A DNA stretch of 33,403 bases from Anaerolineae bacterium (GTDB lineage: Bacteria; Chloroflexota; Anaerolineae; B4-G1; DUEL01): assembly GCA_041082215.1 (NCBI GenBank), contig JBDOIF010000142.1, positions 1 to 33,403 of the forward strand, read 5' to 3'. Shown here piece by piece: positions 1 to 9,033 of this stretch; positions within the stretch are counted from its first letter, which is position 1; each line of letters starts with the position of its first letter. Under the pieces are notes generated by a model. That model was given only the letters and a program-made list of their open reading frames with translations. It was not told the origin of the DNA and made no database searches. The translations under genes and the position numbers were made by a program.

Positions 1-450
1 TAGCTCACGCTCACCGGCCGGCCGCTGGCGGCGGAGAGGGCGACGGTAAAGACGGCGCCGGTCGAACCGGCGTTCCCCTCCGTCACCGACACATCGTTGA
101 TGCTCAGGGTAGGCATCGGGTCGTCGTCCAGGATCGTCCCCACCCCCTGCCCGTCGGCAATGGAGGCGTTGACGGGGCTGGAGAGATTGACAGTGAAGGT
201 TTCGTCCGCTTCGTCCAGCGTGTCACCCTGAACTGTCACCGTCAGTGGCCTGGTAGTCACCCCCGGCGCAAAGGTCAGTGTGCCGCTGATGCTGCTGTAA
301 TCGCCCGGGGCCACGGCACTGCCATCGGTTGTGGCGTAATTCACGCTTACCGTTTGGGTGCTGACCGCGGACAGAGTGACCGTGAAAACAGCCTGAGTGG
401 TGCCGCTATTCCCTTCGGCCACGCCGACATCGTTGATGCTCAGGCCGGGC
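1..450 (-). repeat. Tandem Calx-beta domain repeats (one complete, one cut by window edge)
   Basis: Calx-beta motifs in the translation; DNA ACATCGTTGATGCTCAGG occurs at 91 and at 427. Confidence 0.85.
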
Positions 451-2375
451 AACGGACTTCCCTGATACCTGACCTCAAAGTGGTGGCTACCTGCCGCAAC
501 CGTGACGAAGGCTACATCAACTCCCTTGACCGTCTGGATGCTGTAACTAACCGGCGAGCCGTCAACCCGGACCGACTCCAGGGGATCACCCTGATAACTC
601 AATGGCAGCATCGTGGTCAGACTGATACCCGGCGTCGTTGCGGCGCTCAAATCGAAGCTCAGGGTCCTGGTCATGCCGCTCCAGGTGATGTCATTATAGT
701 TGGCGTCGTGACGGGTCTCGGTGAAACTCAACCACTGATCCGCATTCCACACCGGCACGCCAAGGCTGTTGGCATACTCTACTGTCCCTTCGGCCCATGT
801 TTGCGTCTGGCCGCTGTAGTAATCCACGTGAAATTGCGTCATTAACGCGGCGTAATCGCCGTTTATGCTGGCATCTATCATCTGCCGCGAAACCGCCAGC
901 GCCGCTGCCGCATCTAACCCCTCGGGAGCGTAGTCCGGCGGCCGGATCAACTGCTCATCCACCAGTTGCGTCAACTGCTGATACATGTTGATGATGTGCC
1001 CATCCGCCCGCACAAACTTCATCGGCTGCCCGCTTCCCGTAATGTACCCGTGCGGCCAACTCCCATCCCCCTTCTGCAACCACCACCCCCAGTGATAAAA
1101 GTTCGTGTCCAGCCGATACCCGTGCGCCTCCGCAATCTCTGCCGCATCCGTCCACCCCTCCCACGCCACCTGATGATGCCGCACCGTCAGCGATTTCGGC
1201 GTGTTGGGATACTGCAGCCCGAACCATAGATCCCAGGCGTTATAACCCTCGGTCAGATTATGGGTGTTATAGGGGGGATAGGGATCAGGGTGGTACTGGT
1301 AAGGATGGATACCAAACGCATGCCCCTGGGCTACCCAGTCCAGCACATCGTTATTATTCCCCGGCTGGCTTTCCGGTGGGTCCTGAGCGATACTCAGATA
1401 GAAAGTCGCTCTGGCCCCACGTGCATTCAGGCTGTTGATCTCGTACTGATACCAACTGGTAGGATTACCATGCGCGTCGGCGGTCAGAATCAGTACGGTT
1501 TTGGCTGTGCCCGGGAAATACCACAACCGGGGCAGGGGTTTGACCTCACCCACCATTTGCTGTATCAATCGGGCCAGCAGCCGTTGTTGCTCATCGGCCT
1601 GGGGGATGGGAATCTTGTCCCGATCTACCCACGGCGCACCTCCCCCTGCACCCTGAAACAGATCAATGGTGCGCACTACCCCATCGCCATCCACGTCAAG
1701 ATCGGCGTTGGCCGGATTGCCCTGCCGGGTGTAGACCACATTGCGGGCCAGGTCGTAGGTAAAGGCAACCGCCCGGCCCGAACCGGCGCCAATGACCGCC
1801 GGATAACTCGTCGCCGTCCTCGCATCGCTGTACAGTTGGGCCAGGACCACCGCTCCCCCTGTCGGAACATAGCAATCGGCGGTGCCGTGGATCTGCAGCG
1901 TCTCGCCGGTTAGGCCCTGCCCTGGCACAGAACCGTTCAGACTGGCCGTCGTGTTGATTTTCAGATAGCCATCGGTCAGCGTTCCAGCCGCGCTCCCCAG
2001 CCCGAACAGCCCTTTGATCTGGGCGTCCGGCCGCATGGCCAGCAACCGCCCACCGTTGTTTACATAGGTGGTCAGCAGGTTCGCCTGAGCGCTGGTCAGA
2101 GGGGTCTCTGCCAGAATGGTCAGGTCGTGGGCCGCCAGGTCGGCCGCGGTCAGGCTTCCCAGCTCAATCACCTCGTAGGCGTTCAGTCCTTCAGCCCGCA
2201 GGATCTCCCCCAGGTACCGTCCAAATGGATTGGCGCTGTAGCTGTCGTTCACCACCACCAGTATCGGTTTGCCTGTCCCTTGCGTGAGGCCGAACGATGG
2301 CCTCACTGAAAACTGCATCAATATCATTAACACAGCCAGACTCGCCTCAGCATAGCGCCGAACCAGGACGGACAT
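1..2375 (-). CDS. Large secreted protein (3' partial): signal-peptide-like N-terminus, alpha/beta GATase-like domain, CE4/NodB-like polysaccharide deacetylase domain, beta-rich domain, at least 2 Calx-beta repeats
   Basis: Manually translated open frame from ATG 2375 (SD AGGAAAGG; alternative in-frame ATG 2414) to the window edge. Reads MSVLVRRYAEASLAVLMIL..KPILVVVND..YLGEILRAEGLN..VLILTADAH..GARATFYL..QGHAFGIHP..VRHHQVAW..MTQFHVD..LSINDVGVAEGNSG..VNYATTDGSA..DY..SGTLTFAPG..DETFTVNLS..GTILDDD, then a second LSINDVSVTEGN. Confidence 0.85.
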   Translation of the reverse strand, partial: MSVLVRRYAEASLAVLMILMQFSVRPSFGLTQGTGKPILVVVNDSYSANPFGRYLGEILRAEGLNAYEVIELGSLTAADLAAHDLTILAETPLTSAQANLLTTYVNNGGRLLAMRPDAQIKGLFGLGSAAGTLTDGYLKINTTASLNGSVPGQGLTGETLQIHGTADCYVPTGGAVVLAQLYSDARTATSYPAVIGAGSGRAVAFTYDLARNVVYTRQGNPANADLDVDGDGVVRTIDLFQGAGGGAPWVDRDKIPIPQADEQQRLLARLIQQMVGEVKPLPRLWYFPGTAKTVLILTADAHGNPTSWYQYEINSLNARGARATFYLSIAQDPPESQPGNNNDVLDWVAQGHAFGIHPYQYHPDPYPPYNTHNLTEGYNAWDLWFGLQYPNTPKSLTVRHHQVAWEGWTDAAEIAEAHGYRLDTNFYHWGWWLQKGDGSWPHGYITGSGQPMKFVRADGHIINMYQQLTQLVDEQLIRPPDYAPEGLDAAAALAVSRQMIDASINGDYAALMTQFHVDYYSGQTQTWAEGTVEYANSLGVPVWNADQWLSFTETRHDANYNDITWSGMTRTLSFDLSAATTPGISLTTMLPLSYQGDPLESVRVDGSPVSYSIQTVKGVDVAFVTVAAGSHHFEVRYQGSPLPGLSINDVGVAEGNSGTTQAVFTVTLSAVSTQTVSVNYATTDGSAVAPGDYSSISGTLTFAPGVTTRPLTVTVQGDTLDEADETFTVNLSSPVNASIADGQGVGTILDDDPMPTLSINDVSVTEGNAGSTGAVFTVALSAASGRPVSVS

Positions 2376-2433
2376 CGGGCCTTTCCTCTCATCTGCCGGG
2401 TATGCACAATTCATGGCAGATCTCGCAAGGTAC

Positions 2434-4065
2434 TTATTCATTAATCGCATACAGCTCATACCCAAGTGGCCAATCGGCCTCAAAGCTGACAACCAATCGG
2501 TAGCGCTCTGCCAGAAGCTCTGTCGGATACAGGTTGATCCAGTGAGCAAACGGGCCTACAAGCACATAATCCGGATGTTCCTTTTGGACAAAATCATAAC
2601 TCAGTGCTGGCGGCGATCCGCCGAGCCAGACATGGCGCACAGCTTGCTGCAATGTAATCGTTGGGGCAAAGTGATAATTGTGATCGGTGAGGAAGCCCAT
2701 CTCCGGCTCAAACGTCTCAATCAGTGCATCGCGAGGGACATATTGATCCAGGTAGGCCGCTGTCGCTACAGGCAGATTGGGGGGCGGTGACACTACCTGT
2801 CGCACGGTGTAGAGCAGGGGGCGGGCTATCGTCATAGCCAGCCAGACCAGCATAGCCCAGCGCAGTGCATACTTTTGCAGATCAGGCTCTCTTTCCCGTA
2901 GAGCCTGCCACAGAGCCCTTCCTCCCAACTGAAAGCCCTCGGTGAGCCTGTGGAAAAAGCTGGCGACGAACAGGCTGGCGATGGTCAGGCCAGGGAAGGC
3001 GTAGCGCGGCCAGCCGATGGAGGCGACCACGTACCAGACCAGGTTCACGACGGTCAGGATAAGCAACGTGCCCCACCGCTGTCCATCCCGCTGCCGGGGC
3101 AGGGAGATAATAAAACCATAGACTAACGCTGGCGCCAGCATCCCCAGGAACACGTCGAGGCTCAACAGATATTTAGCGCTCTCTTTCATCAGATCAGTGG
3201 AGAAGACAAGGGCAGCGCCGGCCGTCTGCTCACGCAGCATCTCCAGGTTCTCGCTGGCCGTCGCCGGGCCAAGATAGAGGACCATATAGACCTGCCAGAG
3301 AGCAAAACATGCAACGGAAACCAGGCCTGGAATGATGAAGGTGCGGTGGGGCGCGGTGCGATAGTAGACCAGGTTGGCCAGCCACGCCAGGCCCACTGTC
3401 GGCGCCAGCACCAGCAGGTACTGGTTCTTGGTGACCATCGCCAGCCCCAGCAGCAATCCGACCAGTCCCAGCCGCCACCCACTGGCTTTCTCCCATGCAG
3501 CCAGCCACAGACCCAGCCCGGCCACCATAAAAAAGAGTCCGGGTACTTCTCCCAATACCTGGCGTCCGTACTCTATCAGGGAGATACCTCGCGACGTCAC
3601 CAGCAGCGCAGTGGCTACCCACGCCAGCCGATGGCCGCCCAGCACGAGCGCCAGTCGGTAGAAGGCGTAGATGGCTGCCAGCAGATACAGGACCATCACC
3701 AGACGGGCTTGCAGCAACCCGATGCCAGAGAGTTTGAAGGCCGCTGCGATGGGTAGCATCACCGTTGGGCCGACGCCGACCGTCGGGCCATAATAACGGA
3801 AGCCCTCGCTGCTGTAATCGGCGTAGACGCCAAAGCGCACCAGGGTCTTGGGGACGTGCAGGTGGGAGCCTTCATCGAACCAGGTTACAGGGTAGTCCGT
3901 CAGATTGTACAGGGCCAGGAACAGGACAACCGCAACGGCAATAGCGGCCATAATGGATCGCAGAACGACGGTTGCCTTCTGACTGACCTTGAGCTGGGCT
4001 ACCGCCAACTTGGCCAGAGTACCCGCTTTCCGTTGCATTTCAATCTCCTGTTTCCGCGTACGCAT
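2434..4065 (-). CDS. ArnT/PMT-family (GT83/GT39, GT-C fold) membrane glycosyltransferase
   Basis: WFDEG acidic motif after the first TM helix, many TM segments, K-x-Q-Y motif, PRY motif, C-terminal soluble domain. Start may be the second Met (4038). Confidence 0.8.
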   Translation of the reverse strand: MRTRKQEIEMQRKAGTLAKLAVAQLKVSQKATVVLRSIMAAIAVAVVLFLALYNLTDYPVTWFDEGSHLHVPKTLVRFGVYADYSSEGFRYYGPTVGVGPTVMLPIAAAFKLSGIGLLQARLVMVLYLLAAIYAFYRLALVLGGHRLAWVATALLVTSRGISLIEYGRQVLGEVPGLFFMVAGLGLWLAAWEKASGWRLGLVGLLLGLAMVTKNQYLLVLAPTVGLAWLANLVYYRTAPHRTFIIPGLVSVACFALWQVYMVLYLGPATASENLEMLREQTAGAALVFSTDLMKESAKYLLSLDVFLGMLAPALVYGFIISLPRQRDGQRWGTLLILTVVNLVWYVVASIGWPRYAFPGLTIASLFVASFFHRLTEGFQLGGRALWQALREREPDLQKYALRWAMLVWLAMTIARPLLYTVRQVVSPPPNLPVATAAYLDQYVPRDALIETFEPEMGFLTDHNYHFAPTITLQQAVRHVWLGGSPPALSYDFVQKEHPDYVLVGPFAHWINLYPTELLAERYRLVVSFEADWPLGYELYAINE

Positions 4066-4076
4066 CCGGAAGCGGC

Positions 4077-5444
4077 CTACGCCGGGGTGTCCACCGCAGC
4101 CATTCGTGCGGCCGCTTTAGGCGACAGGGGAATCGAGGCTGGACTTGTTTCAAGAATGGCCTGAGCTACATAGCGTGCGTGCCGGGTGACCGATTCGCTG
4201 TTGGTCAGCGCCGGGTAAATCTGAGCCGTGGTGACCAGATACAGGTTCTCGATGGGCGTTTTGACCTGAGGGATGAGATGGGTTGAGTTCAGCCGATGCA
4301 GTGGCTCGACGTAACGCTCGCGGTGTACAAGGAAATAACGGATCCAGCGCCGGTCGAAATGGGGGAACATGGCTTCCAGATGCTGAAGCCAAATCTCACG
4401 TATCTCCTCGTCTGATTTCTGCTGCCAGTGGCTACCGGGGAGGGTATACTTGGGCAGATAGACCAGATGATGCCCCCCCACAAAGCCCGGATCAATGTAG
4501 GTTGTTGTTTCGATGATGCCGGTAAACGGGACCCGATTATCGGTGATATTCAGCGTCCAGAAGCCAGTCAGCGGTCGGTCCAGCACCAGCAGCGGGCAGA
4601 TGACGCCCAGGTACTCGGTTTGACCGAGAAAATCGTGGTAGTCCTGGCCTGCGCCTGGGATCAACTGACGGAAAATCGGCACCTGCAGGGCCGCCACGAC
4701 CACGTTGAAATGGTGTATCTCGTGTCCGATCCGTACGCCCCGGGCGCGCCCCTGTTCAATCACGATTTCCTGTACCGGGCATCGGAGGTGAATCCTGCCG
4801 CCAGCGGCCTCGATCTGTTCGGCCATAGCCCCAATCAGGGTCATATAGCCGCCGATGAGGTGGCCCGCTTCTTCTTTCTGACTGGCACCACTGCGTGTGG
4901 ATTTCATCCGTACCAGACGTGCCCAGATATAGGTAGCGGGGGTGTCTTCAAAACCTCCGTCGAATTTGGCCTTGAGCATCGGGCGCCAGATACTCTCGAA
5001 AGTGCGCCGGCCACTCAAGCGCACCAACCACTCCTCGACGCCGGTACCTTCCAGGCGCTGCCACTCCCGTACAAACTGTGCGTACAGTACCGTCAATCCC
5101 AGACGAAAGCGGTCAATCCAGCCCAGGGGGGGAAAGCGCAGGAACTCGACCACGTTGTTCATCGAGTAGATTTCACCCTGATGGTAGAATCCCATCCTGG
5201 TTTCGCGGAAGCGCAACCTGTCGGCGATGTTCAGTTCGGAGCATAGTTGACGCAGGTGACTATCACTGGAGAGAATGGTGTGGTAGAAACGGTCCAACGG
5301 GACGCCGTCTTCTAAAGTAACCGTATTGGCCAGCCCGCCCAGCGTCGGGGAGGCCTCGAAGATCTCGACCTCCGCGCCCCGCTGCGAGAGGAAGTACCCC
5401 AGGCTGACGCCCATGATCCCCCCACCGACAATGGCAACGTTCAC
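4077..5444 (-). CDS. FAD-dependent oxidoreductase, protoporphyrinogen-oxidase/amine-oxidase-like (PRK07233-type)
   Basis: VAIVGGGIMG dinucleotide-binding motif, E..LGGLA, LDRFYH, VYLPKY, AQIYP. GTG start at 5444 overlaps the upstream TGA (GTGA), with SD GGGAGG. Confidence 0.85.
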   Translation of the reverse strand: MNVAIVGGGIMGVSLGYFLSQRGAEVEIFEASPTLGGLANTVTLEDGVPLDRFYHTILSSDSHLRQLCSELNIADRLRFRETRMGFYHQGEIYSMNNVVEFLRFPPLGWIDRFRLGLTVLYAQFVREWQRLEGTGVEEWLVRLSGRRTFESIWRPMLKAKFDGGFEDTPATYIWARLVRMKSTRSGASQKEEAGHLIGGYMTLIGAMAEQIEAAGGRIHLRCPVQEIVIEQGRARGVRIGHEIHHFNVVVAALQVPIFRQLIPGAGQDYHDFLGQTEYLGVICPLLVLDRPLTGFWTLNITDNRVPFTGIIETTTYIDPGFVGGHHLVYLPKYTLPGSHWQQKSDEEIREIWLQHLEAMFPHFDRRWIRYFLVHRERYVEPLHRLNSTHLIPQVKTPIENLYLVTTAQIYPALTNSESVTRHARYVAQAILETSPASIPLSPKAAARMAAVDTPA

Positions 5445-6586
5445 AGACTCCCTCCCATTTTCGATGCGGCCATCGGGCCACCGCTCTCGCAATGCGCCTC
5501 ACTCTGCCCACGAGGCAGACCAAAGGCCCAGGCGCCGTTTTCCAGAATCCCCGCGATACGTTGTGCAGCCATCCCATCGCCGAAGATAGGGGGACGGTCC
5601 GCCGGGGGTGAGAAACTCAGCCAGGCCTCAACGATCCGCTCCGGTTCGGTGCCGACCAGCATGTTCCAGCCAGCTTCCACCGTCTCGACCCACTCGGTCT
5701 CGTCCCGCAGGGTCAAGCAGGGAACGCCCAGAAAGTACGCCTCCCGCTGAACCCCGCCGGAGTCGGTGGCGATGAGGCGGGCGTTCTCTTCCAGTACCAT
5801 CATATCGAAGTAACCCACAGGCTCGATCAGCCGGACGTGGGCCGCGAAGTGGGCATCCAGTTGGGCGAGAGCCTTTCGGGTACGCGGATGGACTGGAAAG
5901 ACGACGGTCTCCGGTACACTGTTCAGCCCGGTGACGATCTGCTGGAGCCGTACAGGATCATCGGTATTACCCGCCCGATGGACAGTGACCAGGCCATACG
6001 TGCCTGGCTTCAGAGCAAGGCGTTCCAGCACCCTGGACCTGCGCCGGGCGATAGGCCGGTTCTGAAGCATTGCGTCCAGCATCACATCGCCTACCCAATA
6101 GACTGAGGCGGTGATGCCTTCGGCAGCCAGGCGCTCCACCGCTCTCCGGCTGGCGCAAAAGTGCAGATCGGCCACACAGTCGGCCACCAGGCGGTTGATC
6201 TCCTCAGGCATACGCCGGTCGAAGCTCCGTTCCCCCGCCTCGATATGCGCTGTGGGGATGTGCAGCTTACTGGCCGCCAGCGCACCGGCCAGGGTGGAAT
6301 TGGTATCACCGCGCACGATCACCAGGTCGGGCCGCTCCCCGAGCAACACCTCTTCCAGGCGAAGGAGGATCTCCGCCGTCTGCCGCCCATGCGACCCGGA
6401 GCCCACCTCAAGGTTGTAATCCGGCGCAGGGATTCCCAGTTCGTCAAAAAAGGCCTGCGACATCAGGTAATCATAATGCTGTCCTGTGTGCACCAGGATT
6501 TCCTCGTGCCTTTCACGCAGGACACGGCTGACCGGCGCGACCTGGATGAACTCGGGACGTGCTCCTACGACGGATACAATCTTCAT
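5441..6586 (-). CDS. wecB: UDP-N-acetylglucosamine 2-epimerase (non-hydrolysing; WecB/WbpI family)
   Basis: VGARPEF, HTGQHYD, GDTNSTLA, HIEAG, MPEEINR, TVHR, TDSGGVQREA, RDETEWVET motifs; start MKIVSVV at 6586. Confidence 0.92.
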   Translation of the reverse strand: MKIVSVVGARPEFIQVAPVSRVLRERHEEILVHTGQHYDYLMSQAFFDELGIPAPDYNLEVGSGSHGRQTAEILLRLEEVLLGERPDLVIVRGDTNSTLAGALAASKLHIPTAHIEAGERSFDRRMPEEINRLVADCVADLHFCASRRAVERLAAEGITASVYWVGDVMLDAMLQNRPIARRRSRVLERLALKPGTYGLVTVHRAGNTDDPVRLQQIVTGLNSVPETVVFPVHPRTRKALAQLDAHFAAHVRLIEPVGYFDMMVLEENARLIATDSGGVQREAYFLGVPCLTLRDETEWVETVEAGWNMLVGTEPERIVEAWLSFSPPADRPPIFGDGMAAQRIAGILENGAWAFGLPRGQSEAHCESGGPMAASKMGGSL

Positions 6587-6620
6587 CGTTTTATCTCGCC
6601 AGAGTGGGGCAGAAGGTGGC

Positions 6621-6989
6621 TCAGCTCCTGGAAATGAGGAACACGCCGATACAGACAATCAGTGTCCCCAGCAGCCGCAAGGGGGTGATGTTCTCATTAA
6701 ACAGCAGCCAGGATGCGATCAACATGACCACGTAGCTCAGGCTGGCAAATGGATAGGCATAACTCAGGTCTACACGGGAAAGCGCCGTCAGCCAGAAGAC
6801 CGTACCGCTCACATAGATAGCCAGACCGATGATGACGTAGGGGTTCGTCCCTATGCGCCACAGAACATTGCCCAGCTGGCTGATCGTGAGGGTCAGAGGC
6901 CCCATGCTTCCCATGCCCTTCTTGAGCAGAACCTGCCCAACGGCGCCGGCCAGGACGCTGATCAGTATGTAGACAATTGCCACCGACAT
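6621..6989 (-). CDS. EamA/SMR-like 4-TM protein, ArnE/ArnF-type lipid-linked sugar flippase
   Basis: GQVLLKKG, FWLTALSRVDLSYAYPF..SLSY, LFNE motifs; 122 aa from ATG 6989 with SD GAGGAG. Confidence 0.8.
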   Translation of the reverse strand: MSVAIVYILISVLAGAVGQVLLKKGMGSMGPLTLTISQLGNVLWRIGTNPYVIIGLAIYVSGTVFWLTALSRVDLSYAYPFASLSYVVMLIASWLLFNENITPLRLLGTLIVCIGVFLISRS

Positions 6990-7003
6990 TTGGGGTTTTC
7001 TCC

Positions 7004-7792
7004 TCAAGAGAGTCTCGATTCGATGCATTCTTGCGCTCCCTGTGCCTTGTGTGGCTCCACGAGGGGAACCAGGTTCAGCCGATGCAGCAGAACGCGCGCC
7101 TGGAAGCCCAGATGGGCCAGGATCGTGCGCATCAATTTCGCCTTGGACGTGCCGAAGACCCGTGAGTAGAGCACGGCCGGATACTCGGCCACCCGATATC
7201 CCATAAGCATCGCTTTCACCAGGATCTCGGTGCCGGCCAGAAAGCCATTGGAGCTGAAGGATACCCGCTCGATCACCTTCCGGCGGTATGCCCGGAACAG
7301 GCAGGTATAGGTATGCACCCGCCAGTTGACCAGAAAGCGGTAGATGATCGAGGAGCCTTGACTGAGGACAAGGCGGTATGCCGGCACTCCTTCCACGCCG
7401 CCCGCCGGATGATAGGGTGAGGCTGTCACAATATCCACATCAGGCGTGAGATAGGAGAGGAGAGTGGGGATCTCCGAGAACTTGTAGGTCCCATCGCTGT
7501 CGGTCGTGACGATCACCTCGCCGCGGGCTGCGGCAAGTCCGGTACGAATGGCCGCACCCAACCCCCGGTTGACTTCGTGACGCTCAAATCTAAACGACAC
7601 CTGCGCCTCGTTGCCAGCACCAAAGGTGTCCGTAAGCGCCTGCCAGGTCTCATCAGTGCTCCCGTCGTCAACGAAGACCACCTCCAGAGAATAGCTCTTT
7701 GCCAGTTCGGCCACGACTGGGAGAAAATCTGTCCGCATCTTGGAAATATTCTCAGCTTCGTTGTAGCAAGGTATGACAATGGAGAGGTCCAT
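7004..7792 (-). CDS. GT2 polyprenol-phosphate glycosyltransferase (DPM1/ArnC-like)
   Basis: SIVIPCYNE, VDDGSTD, NRGLGAA, DSDGT, DIVTASPY, FRAYRR, R..GTSK. Confidence 0.88.
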   Translation of the reverse strand: MDLSIVIPCYNEAENISKMRTDFLPVVAELAKSYSLEVVFVDDGSTDETWQALTDTFGAGNEAQVSFRFERHEVNRGLGAAIRTGLAAARGEVIVTTDSDGTYKFSEIPTLLSYLTPDVDIVTASPYHPAGGVEGVPAYRLVLSQGSSIIYRFLVNWRVHTYTCLFRAYRRKVIERVSFSSNGFLAGTEILVKAMLMGYRVAEYPAVLYSRVFGTSKAKLMRTILAHLGFQARVLLHRLNLVPLVEPHKAQGAQECIESRLS

Positions 7793-7809
7793 CGCGGCTC
7801 CCTTCGACC

Positions 7810-8838
7810 CTATAGAGTGCTGAGGGTGGGCTTGATACCTCGCACGGGTCTCGCTTTTTCCGTCAGAACGGCCATTTGCTCACGAACAGTATTGCGGATC
7901 GCCAGCACCAGGCGCAGCGCGTTCAGGCCATCCCTGGCTGAGACCTGGGGGGGAGTGCCATGCACGATACAATCCACAAAATGCTGCAGCTCCAAGAGAA
8001 GTGGTTCGAGCGTGGGCACGTGGATCCGTTCGACGATGCTTTCCTGGCGATACTTGACACCCCGATGATCATGATTCAGGTATTCGCCAACCGTGCGCCG
8101 ATGCACGGCGATGCTCTTGTTCAATAGATCGGCCTCCACGTAGGCCTCCAGGGCCGTTACCTCTACGGACCGAACCTTCTGCTCGGTAGCACGAGAGGCC
8201 GTCATGGTCAGAAGCGGGCCCGATCCAAAACGCAGATGGGCAACGGCATGGTCTATATCACCGCTGAATGCCGTCAGCCCGTAGGCATTCACCGAGACAG
8301 GCTCCTGTCCCATCAGGTCTAACGCAAGGTCAATGTCGTGGGTCATCAGGTCCAGGACCACATCCACATCTGTGTTACTGCCCACATAGGGGCTGAGCCG
8401 GCGGAAGTTGACGGCCAGCATAGTCATATCTTCCAACACGTTCTTCAGTTCCATGTAGGCCGGATTGAAGCGTTCGATGTGTCCTACCTGGACGACCAGA
8501 TTACTGTTCTCTGCGGCTTGGGTCAGTACCTCGGCCTGTTCTATCGTGTCGGTGATCGGCTTTTCTATCAGCACGTGCACCCCTCGCGCCAGGCAACGCA
8601 TGGCCAGGGCGAAATGCAGCGGCGTGGGCGTGGTAATGCTCACGGCATCGACATGCTCCAAAAGACCCTCAACATCCCCGTAGAAAGGCACGTCGTATTC
8701 TTCCGCCACCCGACGCCCTACCTCAGGTACGGCGTCGCAAACACCCACCAGTTGTGACTGGCGCAGGGTCGAATAAACACGACAGTGCCGTTGGCCCATC
8801 CTGCCTACGCCAATGACGCCCACTCTTACCGGTTGCAT
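7810..8838 (-). CDS. Gfo/Idh/MocA-family oxidoreductase (WbpB/GnnA-like nucleotide-sugar 3-dehydrogenase)
   Basis: GVIGVGRMG, HVLIEKP, VGHIERFNPA, DLMTHDID. Confidence 0.88.
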   Translation of the reverse strand: MQPVRVGVIGVGRMGQRHCRVYSTLRQSQLVGVCDAVPEVGRRVAEEYDVPFYGDVEGLLEHVDAVSITTPTPLHFALAMRCLARGVHVLIEKPITDTIEQAEVLTQAAENSNLVVQVGHIERFNPAYMELKNVLEDMTMLAVNFRRLSPYVGSNTDVDVVLDLMTHDIDLALDLMGQEPVSVNAYGLTAFSGDIDHAVAHLRFGSGPLLTMTASRATEQKVRSVEVTALEAYVEADLLNKSIAVHRRTVGEYLNHDHRGVKYRQESIVERIHVPTLEPLLLELQHFVDCIVHGTPPQVSARDGLNALRLVLAIRNTVREQMAVLTEKARPVRGIKPTLSTL

Positions 8839-8924
8839 CGTCCCCCATCCTTTCCCAAGCTGCTTCCTGATAGGCTATCCTGCACTCCAGGGCGAATGCC
8901 AGCAACGGCTTCTATCCTTCCCCC

Positions 8925-8980
8925 TACTTTAATACATTAACGTCTAAGGTCGGTTAGGAAAAAACTAGGATTTTAATGAA
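8925..8980 (-). promoter_or_regulatory. Putative internal promoter with AGG repeats at 11-bp period
   Basis: AT-rich island in a 195-bp intergenic gap; minus-strand TAATGT/TAAAGT -10-like hexamers; plus-strand GGTTAGGAAAAAACTAGG at 8952-8969. Confidence 0.5.
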
Positions 8981-9033
8981 ACTGGTGCTTACCGGCCGTC
9001 TTCTACTATAAAGGCCACCTTCTATCCCCGTTC

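Noticed and set aside
354..2309. Several plus-strand ORFs in the first 2.3 kb
   Set aside because: Antisense to the continuous minus-strand deacetylase/Calx-beta gene.
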